A stretch of DNA of 64,000 nucleotides from an uncultured Clostridia bacterium (GCA_946187775.1 CAMHSI010000001.1:20988-84987); one strand, 5' to 3'; positions 38,906 through 48,992 are shown, numbered from the stretch's first letter. Notes: generated by a model from the letters alone, not told the origin. Program-made: numbers and translations.

Positions 38906-39958
38906 TTACTCCGCGGCGGAGAGCACGGCGTCGAAGGCCGGCTTGGCTTGGCGGTCGGCGGAAAAGAGCAGGGGGAAACTGGGCTCCCGGCGGAAGCCCG
39001 GAAGCCAGCTGTCCGCGTCGGTGACGCCCCAGAAGGTGACGGCCTCGATGCAGATCCCCTCCCGGGAAAGCTTTTTCATCATGGAGAACCAGCTGCCGTA
39101 CAGGCCGGCGAGGGCCTCCCGGGCGGCTTCATCATCGGAGGCGCAGTGGATATCCAGCTCGGTGACCTGCAGCTTCAGGCCCAGGGCCGCGTAAGAGCGG
39201 GCGGCGGTTTCACATTGCGCGATATCCAGGCTGCTGAGCACATAGTGGCCCTGCATCCCCATGGTATCCACCAGGTTTTCCGCCTGCAGGGTTTTCAGCA
39301 TGCGGAGGATGGCGTCCCGCTTGACGGGATCAAAGGCGTTATAGTCGTTGTAGCAAAGGGTCTGCCCCGGGGCGGCGCCCCTGCGGGCGGCGCGGAAGGC
39401 AGCCGGGAGGAAGTCCTGTCCGGTGAGGGCAAACCAGGGGCTCCGGGTGCGGTAGAAGCCGGGGCCTCCCTGATCCGGCTCGATGGCTTCATTCACCACA
39501 TCCCAGGTGTATACCACGCCGGGGAAGGCGGTGTTCACATGATTCATCACATCAAGGATATAGTTTTCCAGGCGGGCGAGCATCACTTCCTTCGAAGCGG
39601 GGGGAGCGTCCGTTTCCGCCTCCCAGTTTTCCCGGAAGAACCATACGGGAGTCTGGTTATGCCAGAGAAGGGTATGGAACCGCATGGGAATACCGTTGTC
39701 CCGGGCAAAGGACAGCAGGGCGTCCACCCGGGTGAAATCCAGGACGGCATGGCGGGAATCCCCCCGGGCAAGGGTTCCTGCCCGGTCCAGCACGCTCTCC
39801 GGCTTCATCTGGTTATCCGCGGTGATGGAATTGAAATGTCGGCAGACAATCTGCGCGAGCTCCGGATCCGCCAGGAGCCGGCTGCTGAGGGCGGCGCCGA
39901 CGCGGAAGCAGGGTTCGAAGGCTTTGAAAAGGGAAGGGGCCTGGAGCGCGCTTATCAT
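38906..39958 (-). CDS. GH10 endo-1,4-beta-xylanase (no signal peptide)
   Basis: HTLLWHNQTP, acid/base WDVVNEA, YNDYN, GMQGH and nucleophile VTELDI; start moved to ATG 39958 after AGGAGGT. Confidence 0.92.
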   Translation of the reverse strand: MISALQAPSLFKAFEPCFRVGAALSSRLLADPELAQIVCRHFNSITADNQMKPESVLDRAGTLARGDSRHAVLDFTRVDALLSFARDNGIPMRFHTLLWHNQTPVWFFRENWEAETDAPPASKEVMLARLENYILDVMNHVNTAFPGVVYTWDVVNEAIEPDQGGPGFYRTRSPWFALTGQDFLPAAFRAARRGAAPGQTLCYNDYNAFDPVKRDAILRMLKTLQAENLVDTMGMQGHYVLSSLDIAQCETAARSYAALGLKLQVTELDIHCASDDEAAREALAGLYGSWFSMMKKLSREGICIEAVTFWGVTDADSWLPGFRREPSFPLLFSADRQAKPAFDAVLSAAE

Positions 39959-39990
39959 GGGTCGGTGTACCTCCTGTTTCTCGTGGATAC

Positions 39991-40020
39991 AGTATAACAG
40001 AGAAAAGACCGTGTACGCAA
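39991..40020 (-). promoter_or_regulatory. SigA-type promoter of GH10
   Basis: Minus strand TTGCGT-N18-TATACT with extended -10 TG. Confidence 0.55.
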
Positions 40021-40070
40021 GGATCCGGGACGCTTCCAGGCGGTCCGGCAGGGGGAGGCCGGGGCCGCGG

Positions 40071-40099
40071 TTGAGGGAAAGGGGGGAGTATGGTATAAT
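40071..40099 (+). promoter_or_regulatory. SigA-type promoter of the acyltransferase gene
   Basis: TTGAGG-N17-TATAAT with extended -10 TG. Confidence 0.7.
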
Positions 40100-40134
40100 T
40101 ACCAGGCTACCCTGACTGGAAGAGAGAAGGAGCA

Positions 40135-41403
40135 ATGAGGAAGCAATGGTACCGGCTGGATAACGCGGCGCTGATTTTTCCGGCGGTAATGCGGAAAAAC
40201 TGGAACAATGTGTTCCGGGTATCGGTAACGCTGCGGGACAAGGTGGATCCGGAGACGCTGAGCCGGGCAGCGGAGGATTTACTGGCAAGATTTCCCACGA
40301 TTTATGTCCGGCTCAGGACGGGGTTTTTCTGGTACTACCTGGAGACGGTGAACAAGGCGCCGAAGGCGGAGGAGGATTACGCCTGGCCCCTGACCCCAAT
40401 GAGCCGCCGGAAACTGAAAAAATGCTGCATACGCATTCTTTATTATCAAAACAGAATCGCCGTTGAGTTTTTCCATTCCGTGACGGACGGGCACGGGGGA
40501 ATGGCTTTCCTGAAAAACCTTACGGCTCGCTACCTGACGCTGAAGGAAGACATCGCCGTTCCGGCGGAAGGGGAGATTGTGGATCCGGCGGAGGCTCCCC
40601 GGCGGGAGGAAACCCGGGACTGCTTCCAGCTGTGCGGAGCGAAGAAAGGCATCTCCCGGGCGGAGGAGAACGCCTACCGGCTGCGGGGCAATCCGGAGGA
40701 GGATTCCTTCCGCTACATCGTGACGGGCATCGTTCCTACGGAAAAGCTGGTGGAGAAAGCCCACGAGCAGAAGGTGACGGTGACGGCGTGGCTGGCGGCG
40801 GTGATGGCGGAGGCTGTGCAGAAGCGCCGGGAAGAGGACCCGCACCCCGGGAGGAGAAGGCATATCAAGATCACGATTCCGGTGGATCTCCGCCGGACCT
40901 TCGGGATGAATACCATGCGCAATTTCTCCCTGGCGGTGAACATCGGATTTGATCCCCTGCTGGGAGAATACAGCCACGGGGAAATCTGCCGGCTGATGTA
41001 CCACCAGCTGGCGGCGGAAACTATTCCCCAGCGGATGGCCGGGCGGGTAGCCACCAACGTGAACCTGCAGCGGAGCCTGCTCCTGCGGCTGGTTCCCCTT
41101 CCGCTGAAGACGCAGGCCATGCGGCTGGTCTATTCCCTGAGCGGGGAAAGCAAGGGATGCCTGAATATCTCCAATATGGGAACCGTGACGCTGCCGGAGG
41201 CGATGGTTCCCTATGTGGAACGGTTTGATTTTGTGATCGGGGTGCAGTATTCCTATCCCAACAACTGCTCGGTGGTGAGCTGGCAGGGGAAAACCTGCAT
41301 CAACATGATCCGGGGGATCCGGGATTCGGAGCTGGAGCGGCTTTTCTTCTCCCTGCTGGTGGAGAAGGGGCTCCCGGTGGAGATTGAAAGCAACAGGCGG
41401 TGA
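40135..41403 (+). CDS. Alcohol acetyltransferase-like CoA-dependent acyltransferase (condensation/CAT fold)
   Basis: WYRLDNAA, catalytic FFHSVTDG (HxxxDG), IPVDLR, RNF and SNMG. Confidence 0.82.
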   Translation: MRKQWYRLDNAALIFPAVMRKNWNNVFRVSVTLRDKVDPETLSRAAEDLLARFPTIYVRLRTGFFWYYLETVNKAPKAEEDYAWPLTPMSRRKLKKCCIRILYYQNRIAVEFFHSVTDGHGGMAFLKNLTARYLTLKEDIAVPAEGEIVDPAEAPRREETRDCFQLCGAKKGISRAEENAYRLRGNPEEDSFRYIVTGIVPTEKLVEKAHEQKVTVTAWLAAVMAEAVQKRREEDPHPGRRRHIKITIPVDLRRTFGMNTMRNFSLAVNIGFDPLLGEYSHGEICRLMYHQLAAETIPQRMAGRVATNVNLQRSLLLRLVPLPLKTQAMRLVYSLSGESKGCLNISNMGTVTLPEAMVPYVERFDFVIGVQYSYPNNCSVVSWQGKTCINMIRGIRDSELERLFFSLLVEKGLPVEIESNRR

Positions 41404-42110
41404 GGAACATGTATTGCGTATATTGCGGAGTAAAGCTGCAGGACGGGGCGGAGGAATGTCCCCTGTGCCACACGGCGGTGGCGCTGCCTCTGCGGGACGG
41501 CCCGCAGGCGGTGAAACAGGAGGCCTGGTCGGACCGGGTGCCCCGGGCGGAAAAGCAGAGCGGGAAATACCTGGCGGCCGGGCTGGTGACGGTGATTCTT
41601 GCGGCGGCAGCGCTGAGCTGCCTGATTTTCTGCCTGAAGAGCCTGGGAGAGGCGGCCTGGTCCGGCTATGTGGCGCTGGGCATGGCCCTGCTGTGGGTAT
41701 GGCTGGTACTCCCGGTGCTGTTTCCAAGGTGGAGGCCGATGATCTTCCTGCCGCTGGATTTCGCATGTCTGGCGGGATACCTGCTGTACATCTGCGCGAA
41801 GACGGGAGGAAACTGGTTCCTGAGCTTCGCCTTCCCGGTAACGGCGCTGATTGCAATCGTTACCCTGGCCGGGGTGGCCATGATGCGCTACATCGTGCAG
41901 GGCCGGCTGCGGCTGATGAGCCTGCTGGTGATTTTCATCGGGCTGAGTTTCATGCTGATTGAGTTTTTCCAGCACATCACCTTCGGGACCCCGATGTTTG
42001 TCTGGTCCCTTTACTGCGTGAGCGGTTTCTGTCTGATCGGACTGTTCCTGCTGGTTTCTTCCTTTGTCCCGTCCATGCGGGGATGGCTGAGGCGAAAATT
42101 TTTCTTTTGA
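41400..42110 (+). CDS. Zinc-ribbon + multi-TM membrane protein (DUF6320-like)
   Basis: YCVYCG...CPLC followed by 6 TMs and a basic C-terminal LRRKFFF; overlaps the acyltransferase stop. Confidence 0.78.
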   Translation: MRNMYCVYCGVKLQDGAEECPLCHTAVALPLRDGPQAVKQEAWSDRVPRAEKQSGKYLAAGLVTVILAAAALSCLIFCLKSLGEAAWSGYVALGMALLWVWLVLPVLFPRWRPMIFLPLDFACLAGYLLYICAKTGGNWFLSFAFPVTALIAIVTLAGVAMMRYIVQGRLRLMSLLVIFIGLSFMLIEFFQHITFGTPMFVWSLYCVSGFCLIGLFLLVSSFVPSMRGWLRRKFFF

Positions 42111-42181
42111 GGAAGCAGCCTTCCGGTACCGCCGTTCGTATGAATGAGTGGTACCTGATTTTTTTGACCCGGAGGGATGAC

Positions 42182-44674
42182 ATGATTCGGAAAGTATTTG
42201 GATGGATGGCCGCGCTGGCGCTTCTCCTGGGGATCCTGTGCCCGGGAGCCCTGGCGGACAGCCTTCATACGGAAATCGGGAACGACGCGCTGGAGGTCAG
42301 CGTCGCTTTGGGATATGACGGAAAAATGACCTACGGAAAGAGCATGCCCGTGCGGGTGACGGTGCGGAACAACGGAGAGGACCTGGAGGGAACCGTTGCC
42401 GTGAACGCATATGCCAGCGGGCTGAAATACGACCGGTACGAGACGGACATTTCCGTGCCGGCGGGCGGGGAGCGGACGGTGCTGCTGGCCGTGAACGCGG
42501 GAACCCGCCAGGACATTTTCACGGTGGAGATCCTGCGGGAAAACCGGGTGATCTGCGCCGTGAACACAAAGCCGGAAGGAATCATCAACCCCTCTGCCAT
42601 GATGATCGGGGTGCTTTCCTCCCGGCCCCGGAACCTGACATACCTGGATATCAACACGGAAAACGACACCCTGAACCGGTATGAGTTCTGGCAGACGGTG
42701 CCGCTGACGCCGGAAACCCTGCCGGAGGATCCGCAGCTGCTGGAATCCTTCGGTATGCTGGTGCTGGACGATCCGGACACAGCGCTGTGGACGGATCGGC
42801 AGCGGGAGGCGGTGCGGCAGTGGCTGGAAGGCGGAGGCCTCCTGATCTGCGGCGGCGGAGCCGCCGCGCCCGAAAACCTGGCATTCCTGGACTGCGGCCT
42901 GCGGGTGTCGGAGTTTACGGTTTCCGACGGGGTGCATGAAGCGCTGGAAAGCTACGCGGGCCGGAAGCACACGGACCGGAAGCCGGAGGTTGCCCTGGCC
43001 GTGATCGAAGGCAGGGTGCCGCTGGTGAGGGACGCGGACGGAAACGGGCTGCTCTGGCGGGTGCCCGCGGAGAGCGGAGCGGCCTATGTGCTGGCCTGGG
43101 AAGCGGGGGATCCGGCGATGAGCGCGGATCCGATGATGCATGCTTTCTTCCAGCAGGTGTTTGTGCGGGATGAACAGTCGCTTTACAACAGCGCCCTCTA
43201 CGCAATGGGAAGGAACGGAATCCAGAATACCGTCGGGGACAACAACCCGGTTCCGGTCCGCAATTCGCTTCCGCTGGCGGTCTGGATTGTGGCGGGCGCG
43301 GCGGCGCTGGGATGCGCGGCCTGGTTCCTGCTGAAACGCAGGGAAATGTCCCGGTGGATGTGGGTTGTGCTGCCGGCGCTGGCCGCGGCGGCGGGAACCG
43401 CGGTGCTGCTGGTTGCCGCTTCCTCCGCCATGAACAGGCCGGTGGCGGGCATGGTGGTGAACACACTCCAGCTGCAGGACGGACGCACGGACTGCTATAC
43501 CACGGTGTCCGTGGCGGCTCCGCGGCCCGGCGCCCACAGCTATGAGATCGAAGGGGAAAGGCCCGAGGTCCTGGCCCGGGACGAGTACTACTGGGAGAAC
43601 GAGGAAGATGAGGATGCCCCGAAGGAGCCGGTGATCCTGCGGATGAGCCGGCGGAACGGGGAGAGGAACAGCGTGACGGTGTATCCGGAAAGCGCCTGGG
43701 AGACGGTTCAGATGGCCGCCCACCGCCGGGTGCAGGAAACGGGCCGGGTCCGGGCGGAAATCTGGATGGAGGAGGACGGCCTGCACGGGGAAGTGGTCAA
43801 CGGAACGGAACAGAAGCTGAAGGAGGGAACCGTGTTCACCATATGGGGCTATGTCGGAATTCCGGCGCTGGCTCCGGGGGAGAGCGCTCCCTTTGTCCTG
43901 AAAGCGGAGGACGCGCCGGATCCCGCCGCACCGGTATTCCGGGACGGCGTGATGCTCCGGAACACGGGTTCCACCCTGTACAGCGTGATCAGCCAGAAGT
44001 TCTACGGAACCGGGATGGTCGACTATGACCGGCCGGACCTGCGGACGGATGTGATTTCCTCCGCGGCGGATGAGGTCACCCGGGCGAGAGCGGCCCGGGG
44101 AGGCACCGACCGGGAATCCGCCACCATTATTTACAGTGCGGAGCCGGAGAAAACGGAAGCGGCTCCGGTGTTCGCGGACGGGGAAAGGATCGAAAGCATT
44201 TCCGTGACGGAGGTGCGCACAACAGAGGTGGAATACCTGTCCGTGGGACGGACCGGACTGGTTTCCCGGGCGGCAGGCATGGACAAGGCGGTTCGCTGCG
44301 CCCTGGACGCGGACGGCATGCCCGACGGCGTCATGGAAGCAAGCCAGTCCAAGTACGGATACACCTATTACGACGTATCGGAAAACCCCGTCTTCCGCTT
44401 CCGGCCGGAAGGACTGGAAAACACGGAAATTACCATGATCCGGATCAGCATGGATGAGTGGTACGTAAACGATGTGCGGCTGTTTGTGCTGAACGCGAAG
44501 AAGCAGGAATGGGAGGAGAAACCGGTGAACACGCCCCTGGACCGGCCGGCGGACTACCTGGACGCGGAGGGCAGCCTGTACTGCCAGCTGCGGCCTGCCG
44601 CGCCGGACGGCTATACGGAAGTATCCGCGCCGACGATTTCGGTGGAAGGGAGGGTAAAGCATGCTGCGCCTTGA
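42182..44674 (+). CDS. Large exported membrane protein with class I GATase-like domain and central TM hairpin
   Basis: Signal peptide; Ig-like PVRVTVRNNG; LESFGMLVLDD...QREAVRQWLEGGGLLICGGG; two TMs around LKRRE; start moved to ATG 42182. Confidence 0.75.
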   Translation: MIRKVFGWMAALALLLGILCPGALADSLHTEIGNDALEVSVALGYDGKMTYGKSMPVRVTVRNNGEDLEGTVAVNAYASGLKYDRYETDISVPAGGERTVLLAVNAGTRQDIFTVEILRENRVICAVNTKPEGIINPSAMMIGVLSSRPRNLTYLDINTENDTLNRYEFWQTVPLTPETLPEDPQLLESFGMLVLDDPDTALWTDRQREAVRQWLEGGGLLICGGGAAAPENLAFLDCGLRVSEFTVSDGVHEALESYAGRKHTDRKPEVALAVIEGRVPLVRDADGNGLLWRVPAESGAAYVLAWEAGDPAMSADPMMHAFFQQVFVRDEQSLYNSALYAMGRNGIQNTVGDNNPVPVRNSLPLAVWIVAGAAALGCAAWFLLKRREMSRWMWVVLPALAAAAGTAVLLVAASSAMNRPVAGMVVNTLQLQDGRTDCYTTVSVAAPRPGAHSYEIEGERPEVLARDEYYWENEEDEDAPKEPVILRMSRRNGERNSVTVYPESAWETVQMAAHRRVQETGRVRAEIWMEEDGLHGEVVNGTEQKLKEGTVFTIWGYVGIPALAPGESAPFVLKAEDAPDPAAPVFRDGVMLRNTGSTLYSVISQKFYGTGMVDYDRPDLRTDVISSAADEVTRARAARGGTDRESATIIYSAEPEKTEAAPVFADGERIESISVTEVRTTEVEYLSVGRTGLVSRAAGMDKAVRCALDADGMPDGVMEASQSKYGYTYYDVSENPVFRFRPEGLENTEITMIRISMDEWYVNDVRLFVLNAKKQEWEEKPVNTPLDRPADYLDAEGSLYCQLRPAAPDGYTEVSAPTISVEGRVKHAAP

Positions 44675-45599
44675 CAAGCTGACAAAACAGTACGGAAAAT
44701 TCACGGCCCTGGACGGGCTGAGCCTGGAGATCGCGGACGGCCAGCTCCACGGCTTCGTGGGGCCCAACGGCGCCGGGAAGACCACCACCATGCGGATCAT
44801 CTCCACCCTCCTGCAGCCGACCTCCGGAACGGCGGAGATCGACGGGGTGGACGTGGTTCGCTCCGGGAGCAAAGCCCGGAAGCTGATTGGCTATATGCCG
44901 GATTTCTTCGGCGTATACGACAGCCTGAAATGCTGGGAATACCTTGATTTCTACGGCCGGTGCTACCGGCTGTCCGCCGGGGAGCGGAAACAGATGGCGG
45001 ATCAGCTGCTGGACCTGGTTCAGCTGACGGAGAAGCGGGACGCCTATGTGGATTCCCTTTCCCGGGGAATGAAGCAGCGCCTGTGCCTGGCCCGGAGCCT
45101 GATTCATGACCCGAAGCTGCTGATCCTGGACGAACCGGCCTCCGGAATGGACCCCCGGGCCCGGGCAGAGATGAAGGGGATCCTGAAAACCCTGCGGGAC
45201 ATGGGAAAGACGGTGATGATCTCCTCCCATATCCTGCCGGAGCTGAGTGAGATGTGCGACAGCCTGACTATCCTGGACCACGGACACCTGGTTTTTTCCG
45301 GAAGCGTGGAGGAGCTGTCGGAGAAGATGAACGGAAACGCGCCGCTGGATATCCGGCTGCAGGCGGGCTGCGGGGAGGAAACGGTGGAACGCGCCGTGGC
45401 CTGCCTGAAGGAGCTGCCTTTTATCCGGGAAATCCTGCAGGAGGAAACAACCCTGCTGCGGGCCAGGCTGGAGGGCGGGGAAGCGGAGACGCAGCAGATC
45501 CTGCGGGAGCTGGTCTCCCGGAATATTCCCGTTTGCGATTTCCACCGGGCACCCATGAATCTGGAGAAGGTCTTCATGGAGGTGACAGTCGATGCTTAA
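44661..45599 (+). CDS. ABC-2 type exporter ATP-binding protein
   Basis: GPNGAGKTT, IGYMPDFFGVY, LSRGMKQR, LDEPASG and ISSH. Confidence 0.93.
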   Translation: MLRLDKLTKQYGKFTALDGLSLEIADGQLHGFVGPNGAGKTTTMRIISTLLQPTSGTAEIDGVDVVRSGSKARKLIGYMPDFFGVYDSLKCWEYLDFYGRCYRLSAGERKQMADQLLDLVQLTEKRDAYVDSLSRGMKQRLCLARSLIHDPKLLILDEPASGMDPRARAEMKGILKTLRDMGKTVMISSHILPELSEMCDSLTILDHGHLVFSGSVEELSEKMNGNAPLDIRLQAGCGEETVERAVACLKELPFIREILQEETTLLRARLEGGEAETQQILRELVSRNIPVCDFHRAPMNLEKVFMEVTVDA

Positions 45600-46506
45600 T
45601 CCGATTCTTTCCTTCTCGGCCACGCGCCGGATGCGGAGCGGGAAGACCCTGGTCATCCTGGGCGCATGGCTGGCGGTGATGCTGGGAACGGCGCTGCTGA
45701 TGATGGGAAGGCTGCTGGGGCCTGAGGTGACCGTCAACGGCCTGCGCTCCGGCACCAACTGCTATATCGTGCTGATGATTGTACAGTTTTTCCTGATTGT
45801 GCTGATTTCCCCGGCCATGACCTCCGGCACCGTTGCCGGAGAGCGGGAACGGCAGACGCTGGAGCTGCTGCTGGTGACCAATACCCGGTCCCTGCGCATC
45901 GTCTGGGGAAAAGCGATGGACAGCTTCGGCATGCTGTGCCTGCTGCTGGTCTGCGGGGCGCCGGTGATGTTCCTTCCGGCGGTGGCCGGCGCGGTGACGC
46001 CGCTGCAGGTGCTGGAGGGAGAGCTGTTCCTGCTGGTGACTGCCTTCGCGGCGGTCTGCGTGGGGATGCTGGCATCCGCTGTGGCACGGACCTCCATGGC
46101 CGGAGGGATCCTGGCCTACCTGTTTGTTTTCGGGATCGCAGTGGTGACCTCCCTGCCGCTTTTCCTGGATTACCCCCAGGCGGTGACGGACATCGTGTAC
46201 GATCCCCGGGCCCTGGCGCAGCTGTCCCCCGGGGCGGCGACGGCGATGATTTTCCCCGTCCTGTTCCTGAATCCGGGCTACGGGCTCATTGCCCTGCTGC
46301 ACGGGCAGACGCGGTTCCTGAGCTCCGCGCTGCAATACCAGCAGACGGGCCGCCTGCTCTGCTCCTTCAACCTGATGGACCGGGCCGGAGGCGAAAGGAT
46401 CGCGCTGATCAGCTCGGGGGCCGTGCTGCTGCTGGGCCTGGCGCTGCTGTTCCTGTCCGCCGCGTTTGTAAGGCGGAGGGGATTCGGGGGAAAACGGAAA
46501 GGATAA
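45592..46506 (+). CDS. ABC-2 type permease
   Basis: PAMTSGTVAGERERQTLELLLVT...IVWGK; about 6 TMs. Confidence 0.88.
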   Translation: MLNPILSFSATRRMRSGKTLVILGAWLAVMLGTALLMMGRLLGPEVTVNGLRSGTNCYIVLMIVQFFLIVLISPAMTSGTVAGERERQTLELLLVTNTRSLRIVWGKAMDSFGMLCLLLVCGAPVMFLPAVAGAVTPLQVLEGELFLLVTAFAAVCVGMLASAVARTSMAGGILAYLFVFGIAVVTSLPLFLDYPQAVTDIVYDPRALAQLSPGAATAMIFPVLFLNPGYGLIALLHGQTRFLSSALQYQQTGRLLCSFNLMDRAGGERIALISSGAVLLLGLALLFLSAAFVRRRGFGGKRKG

Positions 46507-46509
46507 ACG

Positions 46510-47970
46510 ATGACAGAGTTGATAAAAGCCCTGGGACCGGTAAAGCGCAGGCTCCGGCTGGGAAGGCTGCTCAGCGGGGCCGCGGCAGGCTTTGCCGCAG
46601 GCGCGGCGGCCGCGCTGGCGCTCCTTACGGTGACGGTCTTTGTTCCGCTGGAGGGGCGGCTGCTGTATGCGGCGGCGCTGGCGGCGGGAGGAACGCTGGC
46701 GGGAGCCCTGGGGAACGCGCTGCGGCCGGTGAAAAACGAAGAGGCTGCCCGGGCGGCGGACGGCTGCGGGCTGCGGGAGCGGACGATTACGGCGCTGGAG
46801 CTGGCGGACGCCCCGGATTCTGAAATGCTGAAAGCCCAGCGGGAAGACGCCGCGGCCTGCCTGAAGGCCCTGGATCCCCGGCAGATCCGCTTTCGCCCTC
46901 CGCGGAAGCTCCTGGCCGCGGGAGCGGCGGCGCTGGCCCTGTGCGTGATTCCGGCGCTCCTGCAGGGACCCGGGGAAAAGCAGGTAAGCCTCCGCAGGGA
47001 ACTGCGGGACCGGGTGGCGCAGATGGAAAAACAGATTGACGACGCCGAAGCGAAGGAAGAGAAGTCCGGAATTTCCGAAAAGGAAAAGGCGGAGCTCCGG
47101 CGGCTGACGGAGGACCTGAAGCGGGAGCTGTCGGAAAGCCGGGATACGGTGGACGCAATGGTTGCCCTGGACAAGGCGGAAACCCGGCTGGAGGAAATCC
47201 GGCCGAAGACGGCGGGAGACGCGGAAAAAGCGATGCAGGAGCTGGCGGAGGCCCTGGCCGGCGCGGGAATGGACGCCGCGGCCCAGGCGCTGGAAGCCGC
47301 GGACGCCGCGGCCCTGGCCGCCCAGGCAGGGGGCCTGGACGCGGATGCGGTGCGCAGCGCGGCGGAAAACCTGGCCGCCGAAGCCCGGGAGATGGCGGAA
47401 CAGCTTGCGTCGGCCGCGCAGCAGGGACAGATGTCCGCCTCCGAAGCGCAGCAGATGATGAGCGGCAGCCAGGAGGGCCAGCAGCCCGGCAGCCCGATGC
47501 AGCAGGCGCTCTCCGGAATGAAGGCCATGCTGGGAGGACAGGGACAGAACGCGTCCCCTTCAGGCGCCGGTTCCGGCGGGCAGGCAGGGGGATCCGGGAA
47601 GCAGCCCGGCGGCGGGGCCGGCAGCGGAACCACCAACGAGGAGCAGAAGGGCAGCGGAAGCAGCCCCTCCTCCGGCGGAAAGGGAAGCCGGGAACCCGAA
47701 TTCAAGGAAGCTGAGTACGAAACCATTTACGATCCGGAAAAGGTGGAGGCGGCCAGCCGGGATGTTGCCACGGAGCAGCACAGCCTGGGAAAGGATTCGG
47801 TGCAGATTGAAACCGGACCGGGCAAGGGAAGCCTGCAAGGGGATGTGCCCTACCGGCAGGTGGTCGGAGAGTACGCCCGGGAAGAGGTACAGGCGGCGGA
47901 ATCCGCCCGGCTGACCCGGGAGCAGAAGGAATGGGTGGACGAGTATTACCGGAGGATTACGGAGGAGTAA
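46510..47970 (+). CDS. Membrane-anchored coiled-coil protein with Gly/Ser/Gln-rich linker (DUF4175-like architecture)
   Basis: Three N-terminal TMs, LRERTITALE, long Ala/Glu helical region, G/S/Q low complexity, C-terminal VPYRQVVGEY...VDEYY. Confidence 0.75.
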   Translation: MTELIKALGPVKRRLRLGRLLSGAAAGFAAGAAAALALLTVTVFVPLEGRLLYAAALAAGGTLAGALGNALRPVKNEEAARAADGCGLRERTITALELADAPDSEMLKAQREDAAACLKALDPRQIRFRPPRKLLAAGAAALALCVIPALLQGPGEKQVSLRRELRDRVAQMEKQIDDAEAKEEKSGISEKEKAELRRLTEDLKRELSESRDTVDAMVALDKAETRLEEIRPKTAGDAEKAMQELAEALAGAGMDAAAQALEAADAAALAAQAGGLDADAVRSAAENLAAEAREMAEQLASAAQQGQMSASEAQQMMSGSQEGQQPGSPMQQALSGMKAMLGGQGQNASPSGAGSGGQAGGSGKQPGGGAGSGTTNEEQKGSGSSPSSGGKGSREPEFKEAEYETIYDPEKVEAASRDVATEQHSLGKDSVQIETGPGKGSLQGDVPYRQVVGEYAREEVQAAESARLTREQKEWVDEYYRRITEE

Positions 47971-48026
47971 GGAGCCGCGGGTTCCTGCCTCCGGACGGCC
48001 GGAAAACAGAGCATATGGGGGAGAAT

Positions 48027-48992
48027 ATGAACGCGAAGGATTTTGCTGAGAAGTATGAAAAGGTACGGGGAGAAATCGCGAAGGAAATGATCGGGCAGGA
48101 GGATGTGGTGGAGCATCTGCTGCTGGCGGTGATCGCAGGGGGAAACGTCCTGCTGGAAGGCGTTCCCGGCCTGGGAAAGACCCATCTGGTGCGGGTGCTG
48201 AGCAAGACGCTGGACCTGCCCTTTTCCCGGATCCAGTTTACGCCGGACCTGATGCCCGCGGACATCACCGGAACGAATATCCTCATCCGCACGGAGGAGG
48301 GGAGCAGTTTCCGGTTCCAGCAGGGGCCGCTGTTTGCCTCCATCGTGCTGGCGGATGAAATCAACCGCGCCACGCCCAAGACCCAGGCGGCCCTGCTGGA
48401 GGCCATGCAGGAGCACAGCGTTACCGTGGCGGGGGAAACCATGCGCCTGCCGGAACCCTATTTCGTGCTGGCGACCCAGAACCCGGTGGAGCAGGAAGGC
48501 ACCTATCCGCTGCCGGAAGCCCAGCTGGACCGGTTCCTTTTCAAGGTGCTGGTTCCCTTCCCGAACCTGGAGGAGCTGGGCGGAATCATGAACCTGACCG
48601 TGGGTGGACAGACAAGGGACGCCGGAAAGGCTGCGGACGCGCGGGAGCTGCTGGAGATGCGGGAGACCGCCCGGCAGGTTCCGGTGGCGGAAAGCGTACA
48701 GCAGAGCGCCCTCCGGCTGATCCTGGCAACGCATCCGGAGCTGGCGGAGGCACCGGAGATCACCCGGAAATACCTGCGCTTTGGCGCCAGTCCCCGGGCG
48801 GCCCAGGCCATCCTTTCCACCGCCCGGGTCCGGGCGCTGGAGCAGGGACGCTTCAATGTGGCCTATGAGGATATCCGCTATGTGGCTCCGGCCTGCCTGC
48901 GCCACCGCCTGGCCCTGAACTTCGCCGCGGTGACGGAGGGGAAGGATATGGAATCCATCGTGGCGGAGCTGGTGGACGCCTATGTTAAGTGA
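48027..48992 (+). CDS. moxR: MoxR family AAA+ ATPase
   Basis: LLEGVPGLGKT, RIQFTPDLMPADITG, LADEINRATPKTQAALLEAMQE, ATQNPVEQEGTYPLPEAQLDRF and GASPRA; start moved to ATG 48027. Confidence 0.95.
   Translation: MNAKDFAEKYEKVRGEIAKEMIGQEDVVEHLLLAVIAGGNVLLEGVPGLGKTHLVRVLSKTLDLPFSRIQFTPDLMPADITGTNILIRTEEGSSFRFQQGPLFASIVLADEINRATPKTQAALLEAMQEHSVTVAGETMRLPEPYFVLATQNPVEQEGTYPLPEAQLDRFLFKVLVPFPNLEELGGIMNLTVGGQTRDAGKAADARELLEMRETARQVPVAESVQQSALRLILATHPELAEAPEITRKYLRFGASPRAAQAILSTARVRALEQGRFNVAYEDIRYVAPACLRHRLALNFAAVTEGKDMESIVAELVDAYVK

Noticed and set aside
39959-40288. 110-aa N-terminal extension of GH10
   Set aside because: It overlaps divergent promoters and the acyltransferase gene; a strong RBS precedes ATG 39958.
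42011-44872. 953-aa antisense ORF, and the 1000-aa ORF at 51075-54077
   Set aside because: Shadow frames of the MoxR-operon genes; Arg/Pro/His-rich with no domain signal.
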